A DNA stretch of 64,000 nucleotides from contig NC_092346.1 in NCBI RefSeq assembly GCF_963676685.1, positions 25,916,001 through 25,980,000 of the forward strand, given 5' to 3'. The position numbers and the translations under genes were made by a program. Origin of the DNA: Mytilus edulis (lineage: Eukaryota). Below are positions 12,101 through 22,940 of this stretch, piece after piece. Position 1 is the stretch's first letter; every line of letters starts with the position of its first letter. The notes under the pieces are model-generated. The model did no database searches, was not told the DNA's origin, and was given only the letters and a program-made list of their open reading frames with translations.

Positions 12101-15100
12101 GAGTAGCATTTGTTAATGCTATCAACATAACGAGCTTCAACGTTACTTCTTGTAAAGTTAACATATTTACAGGTGAAAGCTTTCTCAAGTAGTTCAAAAC
12201 TAATGATACATCCCATACACAAATGTTCTTAGATTTTGTAGGTCTAAGATTATAAACTCCTTTCATGAATCTGACTACTAAAGGATGTGCTCCTACAAGG
12301 ACATTATCTATCACTAAACCTAGTGCAGAAAGAGCAGATCTTGCTGTATTTATGGAACTGTAGCCAAGACCATTTTCATATAAAATAGTCAAATAATCAA
12401 GCACTATATTTATAGAAATTTGAACTTCACTAATTTTCCTTTCACGACAGTAAGAAAACCACTTTTTGACAAATACTTTGTACTGTTTTTTAGTGCTTTT
12501 TCTCCAAGAGCATAACATGATGCTGGCAGTTTTTGTCGAAATTCCTCTGTCAATAAACTGTTTCCTGATACATGACATATCATTAGATTCAATGTTTTGT
12601 TCAATGGATGGACAGTGTCTTTGTAAGGAAGAGTCAGTAGATCTTTCCTTGCTATAACCAGTATGGGTGTATCGATTAACATCTGCATCACCAGAGTAAA
12701 CCATGCTTGAGTCGGCCATAACGGCGCTACTAAAATAACTGTTGTCTTGTCTTTCAAGATCTTCTGTACACATCTGCCTAGTAAACTGAAAGGAGGAAAT
12801 AAATAGCATTTAAAGTCACTCCAGTCTATAGAAAAAGCATCTATAAAACTAGCATCAGGGTCAGGTTTCCATGAACAAAACCTTTTCAATTGTGAGTTTA
12901 GGCGAGATGCAAATAAATCAATTTGGGGGTCACCCCACAGTTCACATATATCACAAAAAATGTCTTTGTTTAACTGCCATTCAACTTGATCATTGAACTT
13001 TCTAGATTCAGCATCAGCAATAGTATTTTCAGTTCCAGCAATGTGGCTAGCAGTGAGCCACACATTGTGTTTCTTTGCCCAAAACCAAATAGATTTTGCA
13101 ATAGTGTTACAACATATTGACTTAATTCCACCCATTTTATTGACATAGCTTACTGCTGTAGTATTGTCAGTTAATATTTTCACATGTGTAAAACATTTTA
13201 ATTGAGATTCAAATGATTTCAAACCATACAAAATTGCTAGTAATTCTAAATAATTTATATGATATTTTTGTTCATCAGGGGTCCATCTACCTCCTGTTTT
13301 GTTGTCAATAAGTACTGCTCCCCAGCCAGAGAGTGAAGCATCAGTTTGTAAAATAATTTGTGGATTAACTCTGTCCAAAACTCTGGACTGTGTATAAATA
13401 TTACATGACCACCAAATAATTTCTTTTTTCATTTTATCAGTTATTTCCATATTGACATCAAAATTGCCCTTAGCCATCTTTAAGGCATGTATTTTTTCTA
13501 TTTCAATATCTCTATAATACAGTTGACCATAATCAACAGCAGAAAAACTTGAGATTATCAAGCCTATATAACTAGCAACTTCTCTTTATTTTAGAGATTT
13601 GTTTTGAAAGTAATTTTTGACTTTCTTCATGTATCATTTCTTTTTTGTCTAGTGTTAAAGTGACAATCATTTTTTCAGAGTCTATCAAAAACCCTAAAAA
13701 TTGAATTTTCTTTGTAGGTATAAGAACAGATTTTTTCTCATGTACTATGAATCCCAAATCAGATACCAATTTCACAGTATCTTGGATATTTAGACTACAC
13801 TCTGCAATTGTATCGCCTATCAATAAAGAATCATCAATATAACCTATATTGATATGACCTGATCTGCGGAGTGTAGCATATACCACTTTCATAAGTTTTG
13901 TGAATAAACGTGGTGCACTTGCCAACCCATTTGGTAAGCAAGTATATTGATAAATAGAACCTTTCCAAATAAATCTCAAATATTTTTGATATTGCTCATC
14001 AATGGGCACTGAATAATAAGCATGGCGCAGATCGACACTAGCCATGTAACAGTTTTGTTTTATCAAATGCAATGCCATTTCAAAAGTGTCCATTTTAAAA
14101 TGGTGATACTCTACATGTTCATTTAACTTTTTTAAATTTAGTATCATCCGATATTCACCATTCTTTTTTGGTGTCACAAATATTGGTGAAATATATTCTC
14201 CTTCAATAGATTTTACCTTTTCAATTACTTTAATATTCAGTAAATTTTGAATTTCTGCATCTATTATTCTAGTATTATTATCATTTGCTACTATGTTTCT
14301 ATTTTGCTTGATTTTGAATAGGATGTATACCATCAATAAACTCAATGGGACATTTATGAGCAATATCTAAAATATTACTGTCTGAAGTAATTTCTTCCCA
14401 TTTATTTATATAATTTTTCAATCTACCTGCTACAAAATTTATACTCACAACATCAGGTTTTAATATCTGTATTTGTTGTGAGTCCACCTGGAGTTTTTTG
14501 ATTCTCCAGTCTTATCTGAGCCTGCACGAGATGCTCTACCACGGCCGATACCTCTACCACGGCCTGTGCCTCTACCAGAGATCCTAAAATACCAAGGTCT
14601 ACGACCGCCTCTATTAAAGCCACTGTTGAAACCACCCCTTCCTCGGATTTTATTTGATATTCTACTACACTTGCCAATATCATCAACAGTTTTGACCACA
14701 TCACCACCAAATAGGTTTTTATCATAAGGGACTGTAGCATTCAGCAAATGTCCATATTCACCAATGATATCATACTTCATGAGAGTTCTTCTCATCAAGC
14801 ATACTAATCTGTTAGCATGCCCCATCAGAGCGAGTGAATCCATACAGTCGTCTAACATATTACTATGCTCAGTACACTCCTCTTTCTCTAACATTAAATC
14901 TAGTTTATTAATAACTTTAGCCATGACAGTAGCTGTCTTCACAACTACAGACTGAATAGTTTTCATTTTGTTATCGACTGTTTTAGTCTCGGGACTTAAA
15001 ATATCCCAAATAACCTGGTCAGTTTGAACAGTAACGAGACCGTCACAATTTTGTGGTCTCTGAAGTTTCTCATCTTTCATGAGATCTGAAAATCTCTCAG

Positions 15101-18100
15101 AAGAAATCCCATTTCTAAAAATATCAGTTATATTATTAGCCAACTGTTCATTAATAGATGGTGCATACTTTTCACCAGACCTAAATTTTTTGCTCATGCT
15201 AGCAAATCTTGTCTCTTCACAAGAGTCAGATTTTTGTTTCTTACTAGGGGGTTCATCCCTTTTTTCATTATCTGCTTGGACCTCGTCACAAGCGTCATCA
15301 TAACAATCAGACTCGTTTTGATTTTCATCATCATATTGATATTCATCATCATAAAGAGCGTCTATTCTCTTGTGCATGTCATCAACCCTACTGTTGGTTT
15401 TTACTTGTTCAGATCTTATCTGCTTCAATATATCTAGCATTTCATTGTTATTATTAGCGTCACCACTGACACTACTAGTACTAGACTTTGCTTTAGAAGT
15501 GGACGGCGTACTCGAGGAAGGGGGCTTACCCTGAGCAGCAGACTTGGACGAAGCCTTGGAAGTTTTCGACCTTGTTTTAGCCTCCTTTGGTTTATCAAAG
15601 AGTAAAGCATCTTCATCCTCTAATCTTAAATAGTCATCGTCTACACTTGATGCCTTCTTATCAGGCGTTTTCTCTGATTTCTTATCACGAGACTGTATCA
15701 TGGCGTCCGCCATATTTGTTTACAGAATAGTAATCTCAAACCCACACGAGAATGAAAATAATTTCTATAAAAAATTATAAACCAGATTTAATCACATTAA
15801 ATCTTCAATAAATTTATTAATTGACTTCCTCGAAGTCATATAATTAAATAACAAATCAATTTTCAAGGTTGCAATACGAGGTTACTAACACACGTCAGTC
15901 CTCAACGAAAGTTGACAGTACACTGAGGTTGCGGTTGCGCAGTGCTTCTCATCTGATGGCGGAAGTGATATGACGTAATAGAATTTATTTATCTCATGCC
16001 TACATTTCTTGTAGGACATTCATAAATAAAAGTCGTTGCCCTTGGACAGATATTTATAAGTGCATTGGTAGGATACACTGAAATGCTGTTCTTTTATACA
16101 ATGTTTTTTTTTATCTTAAATCAAGCTGTTAGTTTTGTCTATTGTATTGTTTCACATTTTAACAGGTGCTTTTAGACAGAAATATATATAATATTGGTTT
16201 TGTTCATAAACTTAGGTCCTCCACCATGTATTATACATGACTTAATTTGGGAGATTAAAAGTAAGGTATAAAAAAATCAAGAAATCAAAAACATGGAGCT
16301 ACAACTTATTACATCCTTCACTCTTGGTTGCATTACAAAAAGAGACTGACACATATAAAAGTTACATTGATAACAAAGAGTTTTGGAATAAACAAACTTT
16401 GCATACTCAGATATACAACTTATATATGTCATTGTCCATCATACCACATTTCCATATTTTATACTAAATCAAGTTTATTATACATATGTTAGTAGCAGGT
16501 GCTTAAATTTATGAACCATGCAAAAAGGATAAATTCCTTTATAAAAGACATAAAATTACAAGAAACAAAAAAGCTTTGCTCAATGAACCATTCAAGAATA
16601 GTTTTGCATTAAAATATTTTATTGTTTTTGAGGAAATATATTTTTCATATGGCTTTGTTCATTTAACCAAGTCAGAAAAATTACTAATTGATTTTGAGGT
16701 ATTGAACTTTTCAAGGCATTATTTTTTTGTAATGCCAGATGTGGCAATTCTAAATTAACCTGCTGTATATTGCTGGAATAATAAAAAAAAGTATCCACTT
16801 TTTGTTTACACTATGATTGTGCCTTTAGGTCACTTATATTTTTTCAAATGTTTATCTTTAGTTGGAATTGACTGTGTAATGGGTCAATGGACAAATTGGT
16901 CAGAGATGATTGAAGGAGGTCTAGTAACAAGATCTAGAAGAATAATGAAGAAAGGAAACCAATATGGAGAACCATGTGGAGAAACTGCAGAATCCAAAAA
17001 ACGTATGTATTAATTGACCATAGGAAAATTTATTTACTAAAACAAATTTGAGTTATATGATATTTGCCACACAGTAACAAATAAAAAATATCATTAAATG
17101 TGAGACATAATTAGTATTTCAACCACTTTCACATAATTATTTATATATTACTGATAATAGTATTAAAGAGAGGATGAAGATTTAAATCAAGTATAAAACA
17201 TAAACTTTAAGCATGGAAAAATATGTTGTTTTACAATGGGCACAATACATGTGTTAATCAATTTGCTTTGTCAGTCAATTTGTATTCTCAAAAGCTGTTT
17301 AAGGATGTTATCAAAATCACAAGCTTAATAAAATAAAATTGAGAATGGAAATGGGGAATGTGTTAAAGAGAAAACAACCCAGAACAGAAAAAAGCTCAAG
17401 GTTACCAATGGGTTTGCAACACAGCAAGAAAATCATGAGAACTGTTCTGAATTTGTAGTAAAAAGAAGACAGAACAAAAATAGCAACAACAAAAATCTGA
17501 ATTTACGTAGTAGTTAAAATATATATGTGATTTACTAATTTTGCAATTGTAATTTGTAATAAAACATTTAGATTAAAATTGTAATGCTTCAACTGTTATT
17601 TATTTTCTAATATAGTTAAGATTGACTGTGTTGTACTTGAATGGGGAGCATGGACTGTAAATTCCATCACTGGTACTTCAACCAGAAGGAGGGCAATCAA
17701 ACAGGTTGAATTGAACGGAGGAAAACCATGTCCAAAAACATTTGAAACAGAAGAAGGTAAGGATCACTTACACTTAATTGATCACAATTAACTAGCTGAA
17801 AATTTTTGAATTTTCAAAACACTTGAAGGATTTTCTACCCCGGGATTAGATGTCCTTAGCTGTATTTGGAATATTGGGTCCTCAATGTTCTTGAAAAGAA
17901 GAAGGCTTACATAGGCTTTGCCTGTTGCTATATCCAATTCAATTTATTTGTTTTTAAAACATAAACTAATTTAAACGTAGTTCTGGCCAAATTAAATGAT
18001 TTTCCGATTTTACATTGCTGTCACAATCTTTTTATTCAGGTCGGATTTTTTTCAAGAATATTAACTACTACATGATTAATCAATGAAGGATTTGAGACTA

Positions 18101-20390
18101 TTTAAAAATTCTACAATTTGCTGATTTCCATCTTGACAAATATGAGATGCATCAGAAAAAATCTTATTATCAATCCCTTTATTTGCATTGCAGTTTCTAT
18201 CGATTGTGAAGTAGGAAACTGGGGATCATGGGGAGCAGCTCATCCTAAGACTGGCATGAGTGAGAGAACAAGGAAAGTAATCAAAAATCCAAAGAATGGA
18301 GGCAAAGATTGTCCAGAACTTATTGAGAGAAAGAGAGGTTTGTAATCAACACTCTGAAAAAATTCTTCATTACTATTTTTCATACAAAAGCATAAATAAG
18401 CAAACAATCATTTAACACCTTTTTAAAACAACACAACATATGTCATGCTATGTTGTTAATAACAAAAAAACATTTAAAATCAAAACACCTTATTGATTTT
18501 TAAACATCTAATTTATTTTAAAAACTAACTATATAATGCAAACTAATTAAATTTGATTAGATTTTTATATTTGCACCTCCTGTAACTTGTGAACCCTGGT
18601 GATATGAGTCACATGACTTGTTATTTTTAATATTACATTTTTGGGGAAGAATGAAAAGCATCCTTTGTTTCTTATACTTACATGGTATATTACTAAGATA
18701 AAAGGAATCTAATAATATGTTTTTTTCTATAATTAGTTAAGATTGACTGCCGTGTTGGACATTGGGAAGAATGGAGTGAACCATTTGGATTTGGAACAAG
18801 AACAAGAACAAGACGAGTCACACAGCCACCAGCAAATGGTGGTGACAGATGTCCAGATTTAGAACAAGAGGCTCCAGCAGGTATGTTAATTCTTCTTTGT
18901 TTGTAACTAGTTATATATATTTAAGACATACACAAAAAAAGGATTTTTTTCGCCCTTTCATTCCTTAATTGTATTTTGCTTCAGGCAAGTTAATACTATT
19001 TCAGGGGAGATAACTATATTTGCAATAATAAATGTTCTCATTGCTTTGTTACAAGTTCAAATGCCTTAAAAATATAGTAGTGATGTATCTTCACTAGACT
19101 TAAAATTTGATGATTGTGAAGAATATGCATCCTAATGAGTTAAGAAACAAATATTTGGTCCTTTTAAATTGAAACCTCATTTTCTTTCAAATGTATGGTA
19201 AACTGATTTTTTAGTCTATAAAAACTTTCTTATTTTACAGAAATTACTCCTGAGAAAACAGCAGAACACATTATCAAACACTTCATCCGAGGATATAATG
19301 GATCAAGAGATATAATGGTCATCGTAGATTCCTCTGGAAGTATAGGATTAAATTATTTCAAGAAATCTCTTGAAGACTTATACAATCTGTTGTCATACAT
19401 GTGTCCATCACCCGAACCTTACCAACCAAGACAGGGTCAAGGCTACAATCAACTTGGTATGATCCAATTCTCTACTGATGTACAAGACATATTCCACTTT
19501 GGCGAACACAAGAAACTTGCTGATATAAAGAATGCCATTACAAGTACTCCGTATATGGGTGCCACAACATGTACCAGCAAAGCATTGGAACATGTAGCAA
19601 ACAACCATATGCCAAAGGGTAAGTCAAGTTTTTTTTATTGATAAACTTCATGATAATGTCATTTTTTAAGGACCTTGCTGTGCTTAACAAAAAGCATTGT
19701 TCTTTTATAATTACAATTGGGCAATTTTGTTCTATGTTGCAGTTTGAATTCAATTTAAACTTATATATAAAAAAAAAATGTATCACATTGTTCAAGTGGA
19801 GTTTGAAGAAGTGCAACTAATTGAAAAAACTATTCTACCCATACAATGGCAGCGATTTGCTTTCTCTTTCCTGTGAGTATCACAATGATAGAACACATAC
19901 TAATCAGGAACATTAAAATTAGATTAAAAAAAAGTTTTACTTAGATATGGAAATCTTAAAATTTAAAAAAAAAATGAATTAAAATCACGAGTATGTTTTT
20001 AAGGTACATGTAGTATCAATCATAGCACAATATCAGTCATTTGAATCTTTTTTATAAACTTGAACATTATATCATCCTTTATGTATTTTACTTGCAGCAA
20101 GACCAGGTGTCAAGAAACAGATCTTGTTGTTGACAGATGGTTTATACAACTGTAACAAGAAGGAAGTGACTGAAAGATTCGCAAAGGACTTACAAAAAAT
20201 GGGTGAAGTGTATGGAATGATGATCGGTATCCAAGGACAACAAGGAAAGGATCTATTGTCTGGATTGGTTTCACAACCATTGAAAGACCATCTGTACTCA
20301 TCCAGAGACTATAGAGAGTTTTCAGACCTTGTGCGTATCATAAAGAATATTCTGATTAGCACGGGTATGAAGTGTACTTCATTTAACTAA
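177..20390 (+). CDS. 5'-partial multi-exon gene: at least 24 tandem reduced (two-Cys) TSR-like repeats followed by a C-terminal VWA domain; probably a secreted structural/adhesive matrix protein
   Basis: AG/GT-bounded phase 1-1 exons of 141 nt: 177-317, 559-699, 1118-1258, 1559-1699, 2260-2400, 2685-2825, 3215-3355, 3598-3738, 4046-4186, 4595-4735, 4936-5076, 5336-5476, 5859-5999, 6320-6460, 7906-8046, 8556-8696, 9011-9151, 9807-9947, 10442-10582, 10887-11027, 16862-17002, 17616-17756; of 144 nt: 18194-18337, 18737-18880; then VWA exons 19241-19618 and 20098-20390 (TAA). Repeats read C-x-V-S-D/E-W-x-x-W...R-x-R...P-x-N-G-G-x-x-C-P-x-L (F-spondin-type TSR pattern). Secreted/adhesive role is inference. 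Confidence 0.9.
825..1012 (+). repeat. Interspersed repeat family A (aagatgtggtatg...gccaatgagacaact); class uncertain
   Basis: Related copies at about 23575-23738(-), 26205-26310(+), 44281-44545(+) and 61135-61270(-). Confidence 0.7.
6558..7450. mobile_element. Non-autonomous TIR DNA transposon, hAT-like, apparent 6-bp TSD
   Basis: Ends CATACATGTG / CACATGTATG, flanked by GTGCAC at 6552-6557 and 7451-7456; repeated subterminal CTCCCG/CTCCTG motifs at both ends; no credible ORF. Confidence 0.7.
11422..11546. repeat. DIRS internal complementary region (ICR)
   Basis: 11422-11509 is a perfect 88-bp reverse complement of 11204-11291; 11508-11546 is a perfect 39-bp reverse complement of 15947-15985. 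Confidence 0.95.
11607..12809 (-). CDS. DIRS tyrosine recombinase
   Basis: Uninterrupted ORF with catalytic R (ATRV), K (LLKQSR), H-x-x-R (AHSVRS), W (AGW) and Y (FATFY); overlaps the MT region in another frame. True start codon uncertain. Confidence 0.93.
   Translation of the reverse strand: MLFISSFQFTRQMCTEDLERQDNSYFSSAVMADSSMVYSGDADVNRYTHTGYSKERSTDSSLQRHCPSIEQNIESNDMSCIRKQFIDRGISTKTASIMLCSWRKSTKKQYKVFVKKWFSYCRERKISEVQISINIVLDYLTILYENGLGYSSINTARSALSALGLVIDNVLVGAHPLVVRFMKGVYNLRPTKSKNICVWDVSLVLNYLRKLSPVNMLTLQEVTLKLVMLIALTNATRVQTLKFLSVDCMEKLRDEFVFHLDVLLKQSRPGYKNPDVKLRAFPPDRRLCVYTVLKEYIKRTKILRVHTKQLLISYIKPHKAVTCSTISRWIKVVLQKSGIDTRLFSAHSVRSAATSKAKLYNVSLADIMSKAGWTNVNTFATFYNKRIINSNSFDVNVLNN
12410..13575 (-). 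CDS. DIRS pol, RNase H and DNA adenine-methyltransferase-like part
   Basis: RNase H motifs QTDAS.GWG, HINYLELLAI, TDN, ADAESR; MT-like motifs DLFASRLN, DAFSIDW, YLFPPF, APLWPTQAWF. Continues the RT in a different frame. Confidence 0.9.
13572..14487 (-). CDS. DIRS pol, reverse transcriptase part (frameshifted near 14300 and 13580)
   Basis: N-terminal AGRL..W...T.D..IL in frame 14299-14487; RT motifs SPIFVTPKK, RMILNLK, VDLRHAY, LPNGLASAP, YIDD, FLG in frame 13572-14363. Confidence 0.9.
14460..15713 (-). CDS. DIRS ORF1 (gag-like), 417 aa
   Basis: Uninterrupted ATG ORF at the element 5' end; low-complexity N-terminus, RPQNC-type core, LFG motif and RG-rich C-terminus; overlaps the start of pol. 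Confidence 0.8.
   Translation of the reverse strand: MADAMIQSRDKKSEKTPDKKASSVDDDYLRLEDEDALLFDKPKEAKTRSKTSKASSKSAAQGKPPSSSTPSTSKAKSSTSSVSGDANNNNEMLDILKQIRSEQVKTNSRVDDMHKRIDALYDDEYQYDDENQNESDCYDDACDEVQADNEKRDEPPSKKQKSDSCEETRFASMSKKFRSGEKYAPSINEQLANNITDIFRNGISSERFSDLMKDEKLQRPQNCDGLVTVQTDQVIWDILSPETKTVDNKMKTIQSVVVKTATVMAKVINKLDLMLEKEECTEHSNMLDDCMDSLALMGHANRLVCLMRRTLMKYDIIGEYGHLLNATVPYDKNLFGGDVVKTVDDIGKCSRISNKIRGRGGFNSGFNRGGRRPWYFRISGRGTGRGRGIGRGRASRAGSDKTGESKNSRWTHNKYRY
19241..20390 (+). CDS. Two terminal exons encoding the VWA domain of the TSR-array gene
   Basis: Exon 19241-19618 reads ...RDIMVIVDSSGSIG...GMIQFST...YMGATTCTSKAL; exon 20098-20390 reads ARPGVKKQILLLTDG...MKCTSFN*. MIDAS DxSxS, Thr and Asp positions all present; exon phases (1/1) compatible. 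Confidence 0.9.
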
Positions 20391-20420
20391 TCATTTCACA
20401 TTTTATGTATTGTTTTACCT

Positions 20421-20426
20421 AATAAA
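20421..20426 (+). terminator. Probable polyadenylation signal of the TSR/VWA gene
   Basis: AATAAA 30 nt after the stop codon, followed by a GT-rich tract (ttgttattggttgtttt). Confidence 0.6.
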
Positions 20427-20639
20427 AGAGAAGGATATATTGTTATTGGTTGTTTTATTGATTGTTGCAGGATTCATATGACACCTGAAAGAGGGACAAA
20501 AAATAAGGAGTTATCTTATCTTTAATAAGTTTGCTTAATTAAGGTTTCAACCACTCAGGTTAATTAGATTTTAGAATTATTTTTGCTGTATTATTTAAGG
20601 CCTTTTGGTAATTTTTGCGCTAAATGTTTTTATATGTAC

Positions 20640-20840
20640 ATGAGCAACACAACAGATGCCACATGTGGAGCAGGATCTTTTAACCTTCTGGAGCACATGT
20701 AATTGTTGCTCAGTTTTCTGTGTTGTGTTTTGTATGCTATTGTTTGTCTTTTGGTTGGTTTTTTTTCGTTTTTTAGCATGGCATTGTCAGTTCTTTTTTG
20801 ACTTATGTTTGATTACTCCTCTTGGTATATTTCACCAGTC
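20640..20840 (+). mobile_element. Short copy of the 3' tail of the Penelope-like element
   Basis: gccacatgtggagcaggatct...ggagcac...ttagcatggcattgtcagtt matches 55915-56140; further copies at about 21026-21160(-) and 38975-39210(-). Confidence 0.75.
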
Positions 20841-21820
20841 TTCTATACCAAGACACTCTTAAAAAATTGCTGGATGTTAGTAAAGAGACCTAAAAAAAAA
20901 AAAGGCTGTAGGATCTTAAAAAAAAAGAAAGATGTTGTAAACTGGTACAGTTACCATTAGAATGTGCTGTTCTCATGTATAATAAAACTTAATGCTGGTA
21001 GCTGATACAGGGACAGACACCATTGAAAGAGGGATGAAAGATACCAGACGGACATTCAAACTCATAAATCAAAAATAAATTGACAATGCCATGGCTAAAA
21101 AAAAAAAGACAAACAGACAAAAGATAGTACACAAAACACAACATAGAAAAACACAACCGACAATAAAAACTGGAGGTGCTGTTTCCAAGTTACAGAGACT
21201 ATACAACTTAATGCTGTACACTGAACTGATACAGGGACATTAAGATTGTTCAATCTTTGGATAGACACCATTAAAAAAATAAATTTCATGTACAGAGTCC
21301 ATAAAACGTAATGCTGTAAACAGATTCAGGGACATTAAGATTGTTCTATCTTTGGACAGACACCCTTAAAATTTGTTGTTTACATGTATGGAAACCATAA
21401 CATAGCCACTACAAGTTCACCAAAATGTGCAATGTACTGGTGTAGAGACCATAAAAATGGATATTATATACTGGCGTGAAGACCACAAATGTCTAGAATA
21501 ACTCCATTGAAAAAAATGTGCATGTACAACAACAATAAGATTTGCTGAATACTGGATTAAAGACTTTCCAGCTGCTATATTCTTAGTATAGGGACGCTAA
21601 TAGTTTATTATACTAGTACAGATGTGAAGGCATCAATAAACCATGAACTGTCAATGCAGGGTCCATGATTTCTCTCCTGTCATCATAGCTCTAGTGTCCT
21701 AAAGCCTGAAGTGTCTTTAAACCTCAATCAGTCAAAAGGGTTTTAGTTGTATTTATACCATATTGAACATGACCTTTAATGAAGGTCAAGTATTATTATT
21801 TGGACCTAGTTCCAACATTA

Positions 21821-22940
21821 AACAAGTGTGCACACATAAACTCAGCACAGATGATCCATTTAAATGTGATCAAGGTCAGATAAACCATGCATGACAGACA
21901 TATTCACCTTACAATCATTCTATACACCAAATATAGTGGGCCATTTGCTTATAGAACTTGAAAAATGGGTAAAACCACCAAAACTTAACATTGAACAATG
22001 AACCATTGAAATGAGTTTAATGTCATTTGAACCAAATCTGACAGACATGTACCCATTACAATCATTCCATACCAAATACGATCGACATATTGCTTACAGT
22101 ATTTGATAAACTGATGAAACCATGAAAACTTAACATTCTCCAATGAACAATGAAAATGCTGTCAAGGTCATATGTACCCTGTCATATGTAAACACCTTGC
22201 AATTTTCCATTTACAAAAATTCAGTGGCCCTATTGCTTAAAGTATCTGAGAAAAAAACACCAAATATAGCTGACCTAGATGAAAAACTGCTAAAACACAA
22301 AAACCAAACATTGACCAATGAACTATAAAAATTAAATCAAGGCCAGATGATATATACAAACAAGATCGACATGTACACCATGCAATCATTCCGTACACCA
22401 AATATAGTTGACCCTGCTAACCAGAATTGAAAACACACTTAACAAAAAAATGATATACCATGAAAATGAAGTCAGTGTCAGATGATATCTGCAAGACTAA
22501 TATACTACCCTTTAAATACAATCATTCAATACACCTCCTGATTATAGAGTCTGAGAAATGAACCTAATTACATAACTTTAATCTTGGTCACTGATCTATG
22601 AAAGAATCTTGAGGTCAAGAGAACCTTAACTGATGGACATGTGGACATTGCAAGGAACCCATACACCAAATATAGTTCTCATATTACTAATATTTAAAGT
22701 GTAAAATTCACATAACATAAAACTATATTTTTTCCAAGCAGTCACTGAACCATGAAAATAAGGTCAAAGATAATGGATATATGACAGACAGAAACTTCAT
22801 AGCATTAGGTATCTGCATATAAGGTATAAAGCATCAATGTCTTCTACTGTCATGTAATATAATGCTTTCTGCAAATAGTTTTCTTCTCAGCCGCAATTTG
22901 TAATTCCTATGTCAGGCATTCTGCAACATTTGTCGCTCTC
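21821..22940 (-). mobile_element. Degenerate element with an internal ~140-bp tandem array (probably an old HINE)
   Basis: Recurring diverged unit (aaggtca...caatcattc..tacaccaaatatagt...ccatgaaaatga) repeated about 7 times; termini decayed. Confidence 0.5.

Larger units (their letters stand above)
11204..15985 (-). mobile_element. Full-length DIRS1-type tyrosine-recombinase retrotransposon, antisense in intron 11028-16861 of the TSR gene
   Basis: gag-like, RT, RNase H, methyltransferase-like and YR coding regions in DIRS order. ITR 11284-11319 is the reverse complement of 15922-15957. ICR 11422-11546 is complementary to both termini (11204-11291 and 15947-15985). Confidence 0.95.

Noticed and set aside
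12410-13000. Methyltransferase plus recombinase read as a prokaryotic restriction-modification or phage integrase module
   Set aside because: Both are standard DIRS1 domains inside an element bounded by ITR/ICR repeats.
15900-15916. tcaac-GAAA-gttga hairpin near the DIRS 5' end as a possible ribozyme
   Set aside because: No CUGANGA box in a suitable position on either strand; it is a simple short hairpin.
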